Below, one piece after another: positions 29,248-39,150 of a DNA stretch of 64,000 nt. The stretch comes from an uncultured Chloroflexia bacterium (GTDB taxonomy: Bacteria; Chloroflexota; Anaerolineae; Anaerolineales; Anaerolineaceae). The stretch is taken from contig CAWFCH010000003.1 in the NCBI GenBank assembly GCA_963814295.1, positions 598,366 through 662,365 on the forward strand, in the 5' to 3' direction. Made by a program: the position numbers and the translations under genes. Within the stretch, counting starts at the first letter, position 1, and each line of letters begins with the position of its first letter. The notes beneath the pieces were generated by a model. That model was not told the origin of the DNA. It was given only the letters and a program-made list of their open reading frames with translations, and searched no databases.

Positions 29248-31185
29248 TTATATATCCAGGTTGCGCACCGCGTGGGCGTGCGTGGAGATGAAGCGCGTTC
29301 GCGGGGGCACCGCCGAGCCCATTAACATGTCGAATGTATGGTCTGCCGCAGCAGCGTCATCGATCGAAACCTGCAGTAGCGTGCGCGATTCGGGGTTCAT
29401 GGTCGTGTCCCATAATTGCTGGGGGTTCATTTCACCCAACCCTTTATATCGCTGCAGCGTGGCTTTTTCAGCGGTTGCGCCAAGTGATTTGAGGTACTCA
29501 TCCTTCTCGGCTTCCGTGTAAGTGTAATGCCCCTGACCCTTGTGCGCGATGCGGTACAGCGGGGGTTGCGCGATGTACAGGTGTCCTTCCTCGATAATAT
29601 GCGGCATATAGCGGAAGAAGAACGTCAGCAGCAGTGTACGGATATGGCTGCCGTCAACATCCGCATCCGTCATGATGATCACTTTGCCATAGCGCAGGTT
29701 CTTGATATCAAAGTTATCACCAATACCAGTGCCAAGCGCCGAGATGATCGCCTTGATCTCCTCGTTGCCAAGGATTTTGTCGAGACGCGCGCGTTCTGTG
29801 TTGAGAATCTTGCCGCGCAGCGGCAGGATGGCCTGGAAATGCCGGTCGCGGCCCTGTTTGGCCGACCCGCCTGCCGAGTTACCCTCAACGATATACATTT
29901 CGGTCTTGTTGCTATCCTTGTCTGAACAATCCGCCAGCTTGCCCGGCAGGGTAAGCGATTCAAGCGCGGATTTGCGGATAACCAGGTCACGCGCCTTGCG
30001 CGCTGCGTCACGCGCGCGGGCCGAGGTGAGGCACTTACTCACAATGGCTTTACCGGCCGAAGGGTTCTCCTCCAGGAAAGCACCGAGGGATTCGCCCACC
30101 ACCTGCTGCACGTAGGTTTGAACCTCCGGGTTCATCAATTTAACCTTCGTCTGGCTTTCAAATTGCGGGTCGGGGTGCTTGACGCTGACGATGGCGGTCA
30201 TCCCCTCGCGGGTATCATCTCCGGTGAAGTTGGTGTCGGCATCTTTCAGTAAATTGGCACGGCGCGCGTAATCATTGATCACGCGGGTAACCGCGGTGCG
30301 CAGACCGGTGAGATGCGTACCGCCGTCGATGGTGTTGATGGTATTGGCAAAAGAGTACACCGATTCGCTGTAAGCGTCAGTGAATTGCACTGCGATCTCG
30401 ATGCCGATGTTGTCGATCTCTTTTTCGACATAATAGACTGGGTGCAGCACATCCCGGGAGCGGTTGATGTACCGAACAAAGGATACGATCCCGCCCTCGA
30501 AGAGGAACGTGGTTTCCTTTTCCGGCGGACGTTCATCCACCAGCTTGATCTTGACGTTGCGGGTAACGAACGCCATTTCGCGGAAGCGCTGAGCGAGGGT
30601 ATCAAAGCGGAAATCCACCTCCCCCTTAAAAATCTCCCGGTCAAATTTGAAGGTTGTGGTCGTGCCGGTTTGCTGGGTAGGCGCTTTGCCGATCATTTTG
30701 ACAGGTTCCTGCGGAATACCGCGCTCGTAGCGTTGGAAATACTCATGACCATCACGGTAAACATGCACCTCGCACCACTCTGAAAGCGCGTTTACTGCTG
30801 AAACACCTACACCATGCAAACCGCCAGACACCTTGTAAGAGGAATGTCCGAATTTCCCTCCCGCGTGCAGCACCGTCATGACCACTTCCAGCGCGGACTT
30901 CCCCTTTTCAGGATGGATGTCTACCGGGATGCCGCGTCCATCGTCTATGACGGTAACGCTGCTGTCAGGATGTATGATGATTTCGATGCTGCTGCATTCG
31001 CCCATGAGGGCTTCATCGATGGAATTATCGACCACTTCGTAAACAAGATGATGTAGCGCCTTAAGGTCGGTTCCGCCCACGTACATGCCAGGCCGGCGGC
31101 GTACCGCCTCCAGGCCTTCGAGCACCTGGATATCTTTGGCGCCATAACTGGTGGATTTATTGTTGCTCAACGGATGTACCTCCAT
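29248..31185 (-). CDS. gyrB: DNA topoisomerase (ATP-hydrolyzing) subunit B (gyrase B; ParE not excluded)
   Basis: [28 protein letters not shown] ATPase, Toprim ([23 protein letters not shown]) and C-terminal tail. Length 645 aa. Confidence 0.9.
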   Translation of the reverse strand: MEVHPLSNNKSTSYGAKDIQVLEGLEAVRRRPGMYVGGTDLKALHHLVYEVVDNSIDEALMGECSSIEIIIHPDSSVTVIDDGRGIPVDIHPEKGKSALEVVMTVLHAGGKFGHSSYKVSGGLHGVGVSAVNALSEWCEVHVYRDGHEYFQRYERGIPQEPVKMIGKAPTQQTGTTTTFKFDREIFKGEVDFRFDTLAQRFREMAFVTRNVKIKLVDERPPEKETTFLFEGGIVSFVRYINRSRDVLHPVYYVEKEIDNIGIEIAVQFTDAYSESVYSFANTINTIDGGTHLTGLRTAVTRVINDYARRANLLKDADTNFTGDDTREGMTAIVSVKHPDPQFESQTKVKLMNPEVQTYVQQVVGESLGAFLEENPSAGKAIVSKCLTSARARDAARKARDLVIRKSALESLTLPGKLADCSDKDSNKTEMYIVEGNSAGGSAKQGRDRHFQAILPLRGKILNTERARLDKILGNEEIKAIISALGTGIGDNFDIKNLRYGKVIIMTDADVDGSHIRTLLLTFFFRYMPHIIEEGHLYIAQPPLYRIAHKGQGHYTYTEAEKDEYLKSLGATAEKATLQRYKGLGEMNPQQLWDTTMNPESRTLLQVSIDDAAAADHTFDMLMGSAVPPRTRFISTHAHAVRNLDI

Positions 31186-32197
31186 CTTCCTGCTTTTTCA
31201 TGGCATCTGTCATCTTTTGAATATTGTATTGCATCCACTTTAAACCATCCCGGTAGTAAAGGAAACTGGCTGCCAGCAGCGCTGTGACAATAAAGGCGTG
31301 CCCACCGATTCCCAGGACCATCAACCAGGAATCCGTGCCGGGTAACGTCCAAACCATGTTGAGACCTTCGCTTATGAGGATCGAAAACAGGATGAATAAA
31401 CTGGTGCCAGGCAGGAAAAAACGCACCATCCTGAGACTGAGCAGCATGGAAGGAACAACCTTCTGGTCCAGCGCAAAAATACCATGGGGAGAGAACACCA
31501 GCGGCAGCACCAGCCATAACGCCATAAAAACGATCATCATCATGAAAAATTGCGCCAAACCGGCGCTGATCAAAGAAAGGACCGAGACCAGGATCAGCAT
31601 TGGTATTGAGATTGCGATCAGGAGCCCAACCAGTATCAGGAAGAAGACAAGGGTTTGCGCATACTGCGAAAAAAGCTTGTTCCAACTGAAATCGGTCGGT
31701 TCCACCTGCGAAAAGCGTGACAGGGAATTGAAATAGATCGTACCGAGGAAGAATCCCAGCATTAAGAGTCCGCCGATGGCTGCGATACCCACACGCAGGG
31801 AGGGTGTTTCAAAGATCCATGACAACGGAATCGGTGATGTAACCTCGCCCAGACGAGCCATCAGGCTGGGCACGCCAACAGGTAAAGTGCGGATGGCGGC
31901 AAACAGGTTGAGCTGCTCCAGCATTTCCGTATAAATGGTCGTGGCGGTCTTGACCGTGTCCAGCATCTCAGCCGGGGCGAGCTTGAGCATGTTGGCTGTG
32001 ATCGAATTCATCATCGGTACCAACAGGTCGTAGACGCGCAGCTTCGGTCCAAGCCACAGGAAAAGGTCCAACAGCACCGGCAGCAGGATAAGATGTACCT
32101 GCCCGGCTACTGTGTTGAAACCTTTTACGAGGGTGGGTAATAGCCTGGGAGGGGTTGCGGTTAGGATCGGTTCATTCGTATTCATACAATCTATCAT
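31157..32197 (-). CDS. hypothetical polytopic membrane protein
   Basis: 346 aa with multiple TM helices. The stop overlaps the gyrB start region by 29 nt. Confidence 0.5.
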   Translation of the reverse strand: MIDCMNTNEPILTATPPRLLPTLVKGFNTVAGQVHLILLPVLLDLFLWLGPKLRVYDLLVPMMNSITANMLKLAPAEMLDTVKTATTIYTEMLEQLNLFAAIRTLPVGVPSLMARLGEVTSPIPLSWIFETPSLRVGIAAIGGLLMLGFFLGTIYFNSLSRFSQVEPTDFSWNKLFSQYAQTLVFFLILVGLLIAISIPMLILVSVLSLISAGLAQFFMMMIVFMALWLVLPLVFSPHGIFALDQKVVPSMLLSLRMVRFFLPGTSLFILFSILISEGLNMVWTLPGTDSWLMVLGIGGHAFIVTALLAASFLYYRDGLKWMQYNIQKMTDAMKKQEDGGTSVEQQ

Positions 32198-32274
32198 TTT
32201 ACCATATCTGCACTTGCACTTCGGGTATTGAACGCCCGTCTGCCGCTCGCAACGGGATAAGGTAAAATAACCCT

Positions 32275-33087
32275 GTGAACGAACATAAACATCTCCCGGA
32301 TCTTGAACGACTGAGCGTGGTCATCGCTCTCATCCTGCTGGCGTATGCCACTACCGCCTTTGTAACGCTTCCCACCCAAACTTTGGCACTTCAGTTGCCA
32401 GGAATCCTGCTGGTGGTTAATTTAAATTTCACAACCATAGTTGCCGTCGTGGCAGCCGTGCTGGCTGCGGCTGGGAGCGAATGGGTCGTTTCCTCACACC
32501 CCCACCTGACAGGTCAAAACCACTGGCACCACTGGCTTGTGCCCGCCTTCACGGCTATCGCCATTGGTATCACACTCGGCACCCTTCCGGTTGGACCAGC
32601 CTATTGGATTGTTTTTGGACTGGGCGGTGTGCTTCTGGCAGCCGTCCTCACCGTTGAATACATTTCAGCCGATGCCGCAGACCTGCGCTACTCATTCGCC
32701 GTGTTGGGCCTTGACGCGGTCAGTTTCGCCCTCTTCCTGATCATTGTGGCAGCGATCAACGGCGCTGGTCTGAGGTTGTATGTTCTTCTGGCAGTCATCA
32801 TCCCGGTGGTGTTCCTCATCAGCGCGCGATCGTTATACCTGAGGCTTCGCGGTAGCTGGCGGTTGGGATGGGCTACTGGTATTGCCCTGATTGTCGCGCA
32901 ACTGGCCGCGGCGATGTTTTACCTCCCCCTCCGTCCTCTTCAGTTCAGCCTCATTCTCTTAGGTATCCTCTACGGGTTGATAACCGTGGCGTCAAATATC
33001 GAGGAAAAAGCCAGTTGGCGGACTTTATGGATCGAGCCTGCCATTGTGGCGTTAACCTTTACGGTGTTGGGTTTTTTGCTGCGCTAA
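32275..33087 (+). CDS. hypothetical polytopic membrane protein (GTG start)
   Basis: 270 aa, 7-8 hydrophobic helices, divergent from the preceding gene. Confidence 0.5.
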   Translation: MNEHKHLPDLERLSVVIALILLAYATTAFVTLPTQTLALQLPGILLVVNLNFTTIVAVVAAVLAAAGSEWVVSSHPHLTGQNHWHHWLVPAFTAIAIGITLGTLPVGPAYWIVFGLGGVLLAAVLTVEYISADAADLRYSFAVLGLDAVSFALFLIIVAAINGAGLRLYVLLAVIIPVVFLISARSLYLRLRGSWRLGWATGIALIVAQLAAAMFYLPLRPLQFSLILLGILYGLITVASNIEEKASWRTLWIEPAIVALTFTVLGFLLR

Positions 33088-33111
33088 AGAGAAAATCGGC
33101 GTGACGCTGTT

Positions 33112-33963
33112 TTAAGATTGCTCAGCGCTGGTTTCTTCTGCAGAGAGTGTTTTATACAGGTACATTACATTACGTTTATGCAGTTCCACCCCCAACCCTC
33201 CAAGGGTTACACGGCTTTTACCACAGGATTCAATATCGATTTCAGCCAGCGCTTCCATCGGTTCACGTCGTTTGGAGGCAGCGCGCACTGCTTTGCGCAC
33301 CGTGTTAATGTACGCCAGGTTGGACCGGGTGGCTTCTTCAATCTCGCCTCGCAGAATGATATCGCCATGCCCCTGGATGATGTTCTCCAATCCCATTTTG
33401 CCGATGCGCTTGATCGTCGTTAAGATCTCATCCGGGTTGCCATCGACCATGTAAGGCAGCGGCATGAAGGCATCCCCGGCGAACAGCACCCGGTCCTCCT
33501 CCACCAACACGGAAATGCCATCCGCGGAATGACCGGGCGTGGCGAACATGACCAGCGATTTCTTGCCTACGCGCAACGTGAGATTGCCTTCTGAGAACGT
33601 CAGGTGCGGCGGGACCAATTTGGTCTGTTTGAATGCCGCGTTCTGCTTCTTTATCGATTCCAGTGAAGCCTCTCCTCTTTCCAGCAGCGTCTCGCGCGCC
33701 AGCGAATGAGCAATTACAGTCGCCCCCGGGAAGAAGCAGTTTCCCCATGCATGATCAGCATGATAATGTGTGTTGATAACGTACCGTACCGGAACCCCCA
33801 GGTTATCTTCGATGTAGGCGCGCATTTCCAGCGCTTCCTCCGGTAAGGCTAATGTGTCGATCATCACCGCCCACTGCGGGCCAGTGACCGCCCCGGCCGT
33901 CACCTGGGCATAAACTTCGCTTTGAAACCAGTACACGTTATCAGAAACCCGTTCACGGTGCAT
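33112..33963 (-). CDS. MBL fold metallo-hydrolase
   Basis: HYHADHAWGN (HxHxDH) with downstream GH..D and H motifs. Confidence 0.85.
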   Translation of the reverse strand: MHRERVSDNVYWFQSEVYAQVTAGAVTGPQWAVMIDTLALPEEALEMRAYIEDNLGVPVRYVINTHYHADHAWGNCFFPGATVIAHSLARETLLERGEASLESIKKQNAAFKQTKLVPPHLTFSEGNLTLRVGKKSLVMFATPGHSADGISVLVEEDRVLFAGDAFMPLPYMVDGNPDEILTTIKRIGKMGLENIIQGHGDIILRGEIEEATRSNLAYINTVRKAVRAASKRREPMEALAEIDIESCGKSRVTLGGLGVELHKRNVMYLYKTLSAEETSAEQS

Positions 33964-34193
33964 ATCGATTTTTCCTTAATACCTGATATTCGTTCAAATT
34001 CCCATCTAATGAAGTAGCATAGCATAAATGAATTGAAAAGTCAAAAAATTGGCTTTTTCAGCTTGAAAGATTTATAAATTATCTCTTTTGCGCTCATCAA
34101 CAACCGTCCAACCTGCAAAAACAGTACCTTACAGCCGTGTAAACTGATGCTTCATTTATTATCGGTATAATTAACGCCGGGAGAATAAAAACG

Positions 34194-35183
34194 ATGATAA
34201 CCGATACGCGCCAGAATTACCGCGTGCTGCTGCCTGGATTGCTGCTGGGGTTGGCAGCCTTTATCATCCTGATCTTCCTTAGCAACTCCACACGGGTCTT
34301 CACACTTTTCGGGTCGTTCAAGTGGACGTACTTCGGGGTAGCCGTAGGTCTCAATTTAGTGCATCACGCGCTGCGTTTTCTCAATCTCTCCTTATCCCTT
34401 AATTTATCCGGTATCCGCAGGCTCTCTCTCAAGAAGAGGATGATCTTTTACATCTCCAGTTCAGCGCTGACCGCGGCTGACCCGAAGTCGAACGATTCTT
34501 ACCGCTCGGTCTGGCTCAGCAAAGCCTGCGGCATCCCTCTCATCCGCATCGATTCCATTTTCCTCATCGACCAGCTTTCTGATGGTTTGAGCATCCTTGC
34601 GCTGGCAACACTCGGCATCCTTGCCTATCCGGCGTTCTGGCCGTTTTTCGCGGTCATGCTCGGTCTTTTCATTTTGTCGATCGTCTTCCTGCAGATCAAA
34701 TCCGCCGGAGAAGGGTTGCTGGACGCGGGAGAAAAGTTACCCCTGTTTAGGCTTTATAGCCGGCAGTTGCGCCAATGTATGGAAGGCAATGAGTGTTTGT
34801 TTAAGACATTTCCCATGACCCTCTCACTGCTGCTTAATGTGCTGTCTTGGATCGCGCTGGCAGCGGCGCTCTTTTTTATCCTGATCGGATTCGGTTTGAC
34901 CGCCGACCTGACCCTGGCGGCCGTCGCCTGCCTGGTGCTGGCGTTTTCCATCATGATCGGATTCTTTTCCACCGTTCCCGGCGGCCTGGGCGTGATCGAA
35001 TTAGCGCTGGCCGGTTTGCTCACCTTCCTGCTGGGTTTTCAGCCCGAGCTTGCCGTCACCGCCACCATCCTCTTCCGTATGTCCACCTTCTGGATCAGCC
35101 TGCTCTTTGGTATACTTTTCTGGTCTGCCGCGGCAAAGTCATGCGCGGTAGAACCGGGAGCGGGCAGCGTTGCTGAAGGTTGA
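34194..35183 (+). CDS. flippase-like membrane protein (LPG synthase TM / UPF0104 family)
   Basis: Eight predicted TM helices and a TVPGGLGVIELALAGLL motif. Confidence 0.65.
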   Translation: MITDTRQNYRVLLPGLLLGLAAFIILIFLSNSTRVFTLFGSFKWTYFGVAVGLNLVHHALRFLNLSLSLNLSGIRRLSLKKRMIFYISSSALTAADPKSNDSYRSVWLSKACGIPLIRIDSIFLIDQLSDGLSILALATLGILAYPAFWPFFAVMLGLFILSIVFLQIKSAGEGLLDAGEKLPLFRLYSRQLRQCMEGNECLFKTFPMTLSLLLNVLSWIALAAALFFILIGFGLTADLTLAAVACLVLAFSIMIGFFSTVPGGLGVIELALAGLLTFLLGFQPELAVTATILFRMSTFWISLLFGILFWSAAAKSCAVEPGAGSVAEG

Positions 35184-35820
35184 TTTTCACACCCACACAC
35201 ATTACTCCAAAGACAGCCTCACGCGCATCGATAAGCTGATTGCTGCCGCGCGTTCACGCGGACTGGACCGGATCGTGGTGACCGACCACAATGTGCTGGC
35301 AGGCGCGCTTGAAGCCTGGCGCGCGGCACCCGACCTGGTGATTCCCGGCGAAGAAGTGCAAACCACTGAGGGCGAGTTCCTCGCTGCTTACGTGACGATT
35401 GAGGTCCCCCGCGGGCTCGAGCCGCTGGAAGCGCTCAAGCGCCTGCGCGACCAGGGTGCCTTCATCAGCATCTCCCATCCCTTCGACCCCCAACGCTCCG
35501 GCTGGAGCCGCGCCACGCTGGACCTCATCGCCCCACTGGTGGACGCCATCGAGACCGGCAACGCGCGCGTGTTCGTGCCCAGGTACAACCGCCAGGCCGC
35601 GGCTTACGCAGAAATGCTTGACCTGCCGGGCACCGCCGGCTCAGACGCGCATCACCAGAGCGAGGTTGGCTGTATGTATGCCCTGCTGCCTGATTTCCAC
35701 GACGCCGAAAGCCTGCGCGCCGCCATTCGCTCTGCCCAGGTGCACGGCAGATCCTCCTCCCCGCTGGTGCATCTCTATTCCATGCGCGCACGGGTGGTGA
35801 AAGTTTTACGAAAATCGTGA
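35170..35820 (+). CDS. PHP domain metal-dependent phosphoesterase (TTG start)
   Basis: KVDFHTHTHYSKDS, VTDHN and GSDAHH motifs. It overlaps the upstream gene by 14 nt. Confidence 0.75.
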   Translation: MLKVDFHTHTHYSKDSLTRIDKLIAAARSRGLDRIVVTDHNVLAGALEAWRAAPDLVIPGEEVQTTEGEFLAAYVTIEVPRGLEPLEALKRLRDQGAFISISHPFDPQRSGWSRATLDLIAPLVDAIETGNARVFVPRYNRQAAAYAEMLDLPGTAGSDAHHQSEVGCMYALLPDFHDAESLRAAIRSAQVHGRSSSPLVHLYSMRARVVKVLRKS

Positions 35821-35893
35821 ATCGAGAATAGAGAACGGAGAATCGTGAAAGTTAGGAGGATTCTCAACTCTCGATTCCCTACTCTCGTTTTTG
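35821..35893 (+). terminator. long imperfect hairpin plus T-run, candidate terminator
   Basis: Core gagaatc/gattctc and outer cgaga/tctcg pairings, followed by ttttt. Confidence 0.4.
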
Positions 35894-35920
35894 TGAATTG
35901 CGATAAAATAGAACTTGCCT

Positions 35921-36004
35921 GGGGCGATGGCGGAATAGGCAGACGCAACGGACTTAAAATCCGTCGATGGTGACATCGTGAGGGTTCGACCCCCTCTCGC
36001 CCCA
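35921..36004 (+). tRNA. tRNA-Leu(UAA), class II with long variable arm; CCA not encoded
   Basis: Acceptor GGGGCGA/TCGCCCC plus discriminator A. Anticodon arm ACGGA-CTTAAAA-TCCGT, variable arm cgatggtgacatcg, T arm GAGGG-TTCGACC-CCCTC. Confidence 0.9.
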
Positions 36005-36062
36005 CTTTTTGTTCTAATGTTTTCATTGATCCCGCTTGACTTGAAAATCTCATCAAGTCACA

Positions 36063-36117
36063 GGGGGGCAAGCCCCGCCCTTCGCGAAGAACGCTCGGGT
36101 GCATGCCTCTCGCCCCA
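36063..36117 (+). repeat. modular repeat copy R1 (GC hairpin + 30-nt spacer + tRNA-3'-end-like 11-mer)
   Basis: ggggggcaagcccc | gcccttcgcgaagaacgctcgggtgcatgc | ctctcgcccca. Confidence 0.8.
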
Positions 36118-36148
36118 CAAATTCTGTAAATAACCGACACGCCTGCCT

Positions 36149-36273
36149 GGAGCGATTGGCGGCGACCGCAGGGAGGGCAGCTAGCACCGGACTTAAAATC
36201 CGTCGATGGTGACATCGTGAGGGTTCGACCCCGCCCTTCGCGAAGAACGCTCGGGTGCACGCCTCTCGCTCCA
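36149..36273 (+). other. rearranged tRNA-Leu(UAA)-like gene copy (contains repeat copy R2 at 36219-36273)
   Basis: 36188-36232 is identical over 45 nt to 35949-35993. Acceptor is GGAGCGA/TCGCTCC (compensated). The D region is expanded, and 30 nt are inserted in the T-stem 3' strand. Confidence 0.65.
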
Positions 36274-36287
36274 CAAATGGATCTGTT

Positions 36288-37391
36288 TTATGGTTCTAAC
36301 TCTGTACAATATTGATCATGATCGCAGTCACTAAAATACGTAATCGATGCTACCGTACCCCAACATTCATCTTGACCCCAATCATCGCATAATTGATGGC
36401 CAATAGTTAGATCTGAATAAGTGTAATCTGTTTGGGGTTCAACGTACCTGATACCCTTATCAGATGTTTCAAACGCCACAAAAGCATGACCAATCTCTCC
36501 ATTGGTGAAATCCACACCAACTATCCAAGCATTGATGTTCTCCATTCTTGCATTCTCAACTAGGTCTATTGCATAGTCCAGACATACATAATTATCTATG
36601 TCATATGGTTTCCAATTGGTATGATCCCGAGCTATAAAGTCAGCCAGCTCCTTCCATGTTATTGAGTGGTAAGATGGTGTGGGGGTTTCTTCTGGTCTTT
36701 TCGGGGTAGTTGAACTCAATGGATTGTAATTAACAACGGTTATATTATCAAAAGCGTATTCTGCATCACTAGAACTACTTGGAAATATACACAAACCGAT
36801 ATCACCTGACGTGAAAGAAGAATCATTTACACTACCGACAAAGGTATTGTTAACATAGAAATCTAAAATGTTGTTGTTCATTGAGATGGTAATATTGTTT
36901 GTTCTAGTTCCGGTTAATATACTTGTGGAATTCACCATACGTAATAATGAACTTGGAGTGTTGTTAACGTACTTCTCAACATGAAAATAACCATCATTCT
37001 TAATTAAGAATAAATACCCATTACTATCTCTGTTGTCCCTAAAAAGAATCCCGGCTTCGGAATCACTACCTCCTGAGATTTGACGAATATCTGCATTGAT
37101 CACACCATCCGAAAAAGCCCCTCCTGCATAAACACAATTACCCATATCGCCCTTATAGTTCAGGAAATGATATTGTTCATTAGAAATATATGATTTCCCC
37201 TCATCATCTTCACCAATCCACCAACTACTCTGCGCATCTGAAAAATCTTCGAAGTATAGAATATCTGAATTAGCTGATTCATTTGTACTGGTGGGATCTA
37301 CTAAACTGTCCGGTTGTGTTATACCCGTGGAAGTACATCCTGACAGCAGCAGTATAAAAAATATAACAATAGTATTTCTCATGAACAACAT
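36288..37391 (-). CDS. hypothetical lipoprotein: LamG/jelly-roll-like N-domain plus putative Cys-His (transglutaminase/papain-like) C-domain
   Basis: Lipobox LLSGC and AT-rich codon usage. C-terminal YVCLDYA ... GHAFVAF ... YVEPQTD is spaced like a Cys-His-Asp triad. Confidence 0.5.
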   Translation of the reverse strand: MLFMRNTIVIFFILLLSGCTSTGITQPDSLVDPTSTNESANSDILYFEDFSDAQSSWWIGEDDEGKSYISNEQYHFLNYKGDMGNCVYAGGAFSDGVINADIRQISGGSDSEAGILFRDNRDSNGYLFLIKNDGYFHVEKYVNNTPSSLLRMVNSTSILTGTRTNNITISMNNNILDFYVNNTFVGSVNDSSFTSGDIGLCIFPSSSSDAEYAFDNITVVNYNPLSSTTPKRPEETPTPSYHSITWKELADFIARDHTNWKPYDIDNYVCLDYAIDLVENARMENINAWIVGVDFTNGEIGHAFVAFETSDKGIRYVEPQTDYTYSDLTIGHQLCDDWGQDECWGTVASITYFSDCDHDQYCTELEP

Positions 37392-37393
37392 GT

Positions 37394-39054
37394 TTAAAGT
37401 TTCTCAAACCCTTTCCTGATCACCTGGGCCATTGCTTTTCCACGCGCTTCAAGAAAATCAGGATATTTCATGTCGTACCATCGATCAGGTAAGGCATGAA
37501 GGAAGTTGATCTTTTTCCATTCATCTTTTGAATATCTATCTTGATAAACTTTGAAATACTTGGATGGAGGAACATCCGAAATATCGATATTGTCATTCCA
37601 CTCCACAAGTGCAAAGTTCGCCACCTGGTTTGTATCACGGACCTCTTTTATCCCTATTGAGTAGAGATACCCTTTCGGAAATAGGTGATGCCTCTCGACT
37701 GCTGATTTTTTTGCATTGATCTTGGGATCAAGAAGGTCGGCGACAGATAGGTTAGAGAAAAGAACTGGGGCTTTTAGGTTAGACGAATGCTGCGTAATAA
37801 GCCAACATCGATGGAGGTCTTGGGAAAGAGGTTTCCATTTGGTTTGGTAATGTAATCGCCCAGAAATCCTCAGTAAGCGCATCATCAATGAGGTGGTTTA
37901 ATCATTCAATGTATTCTTCACCTGTTTTGATGTCCCGTAATCGATTTAGGTCCTGTTCCATGACCGTTTCAAATGAGCCCGAATATCTACTCGTGAGAGC
38001 GGTCATAAAGAACCATTTAGATATCAATTTCCTCAACCGTTGATGGTCGATGTCGTAATCATATTTTCCGATCAGGTAAAAGACATAGGCATACATCAGT
38101 CCATTTTGCGAACTGATCAACTGGTCACTCACATAACCTGCTGAAAGGATGGCTTTAAGAAATTCATGCCAATTCTGTAAATCAAGAACTCTACTCTGCG
38201 CTTTTTCCAGAACAAGGAATTGCTGATCTCTTCGGGCATCAGAAAACTCTTCTGTTTCGAGGTCTTTTCCTCGGAGGATCAAATACGCATATTTCAGTCT
38301 TGCACGTTTGAACCCAAAGCCAACACAGGTCCTCAATAGTTGATCAGGATCTGGTTGAATATAGTAATTAAATGACGTAGGCTTCTTGTCTACGGGTGCA
38401 ATTCGAGATTCTCTGCAAAATGCTTCTAATTGTTTGCGTCCTTCTTCCCAGAAAACAGACATCAACGTAAGGATGAAATCCGCCTGGTTGAGCGGAGTAC
38501 CCTTACTATTCACACGAACAAATATTTCAGATACTTCTTCTTCGTTTGCTGCACTACTGACCTCTAAAACCGTAAATGGATATAACCTGATGTTATCCAG
38601 ATTGTTGATGTTAGTTTGGATAAGAGTTTCATCATCTTCGCTTACTGGTCTTGATTCAGCCAGCCTAGTAATATAATCCTTTGCTACACCGAATATTCCA
38701 TTCTTGTGTGACCAAATCAGGGAAATATCACTAATGAATTCTGGATTTCTCGCAATCGCCGCATCATATACCTCAAATTTTTCAGTCAAAGGGTTGAAAG
38801 CAATCAGAATTTTTTCTTTTCTAAAATCCTCCCGGAGCACCGGTATGTTGAAACCCAGGTGGATGAAGCAACACGACGTGATCATTCTGACCGATACTGG
38901 ATTTATCGACGAGCATTACCAGGAAACAAAAACCTCCGCCTGCTGTTACTTCACCTTCGCCGGTGTGGATAAACCCCAGAACGATGCGTCGATTTTTAAA
39001 GAAAACGCTATAAGCCAGGGTAGCGTTTTTATGATCACTTTTAAATTTCACCAA
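37394..39054 (-). pseudogene. decayed DUF262/DUF1524 (GmrSD-like type IV restriction family) gene
   Basis: Three ORF pieces in different frames. DUF262 core is FVRVNSKGTPLNQADFI. An in-frame TGA at 37902-37904 is followed by 40 more protein-like codons. The DUF1524 His-Me motif is ERHHLFPKGYL...NFALVEWNDN. The N-terminal motif region is missing at repeat R3. Confidence 0.7.
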
Positions 39055-39059
39055 GTTGT

Positions 39060-39115
39060 GGGGGGGTACGACCCGCCATACTCAAAGAACGCTCGGGTGC
39101 ATACCTATCGCCCCA
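39060..39115 (+). repeat. modular repeat copy R3
   Basis: gggggggtacgaccc | gccatactcaaagaacgctcgggtgcatac | ctatcgcccca. Confidence 0.8.
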
Positions 39116-39150
39116 TAAAATTTGACCATCGCCGATACGTACCTGGAGGA

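Noticed and set aside
31157-31185. The 29-nt overlap between the upstream membrane gene's stop and the gyrB start as a regulatory feature.
   Set aside because: The gyrB start is uncertain. A downstream start or simple translational coupling explains the overlap, so nothing unusual is demonstrable from sequence alone.
35949-35965. Possibility of the classical group I intron in tRNA-Leu(UAA).
   Set aside because: The anticodon loop CTTAAAA is uninterrupted in both copies. The only insertion is 30 nt in the T arm of the second copy, far too short for a group I intron.
35775-36274. Minus-strand ORFs 35775..36260 (161 aa) and 36053..36274 (73 aa), which contain a repeated peptide (…REACTRAFFAKGG…).
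   Set aside because: They run antisense across the tRNA-Leu gene, the tRNA-like copy and repeats R1/R2. The peptide repeat simply mirrors the DNA repeat, and there is no RBS or protein-like composition.
37902-37904. The in-frame TGA of the GmrSD-like gene as a selenocysteine codon, given that selA is in the window.
   Set aside because: The gene also has frameshifts and a truncated N-terminus. No SECIS-like hairpin is evident immediately downstream, and this family is not known to contain Sec. A nonsense mutation is the simpler explanation.
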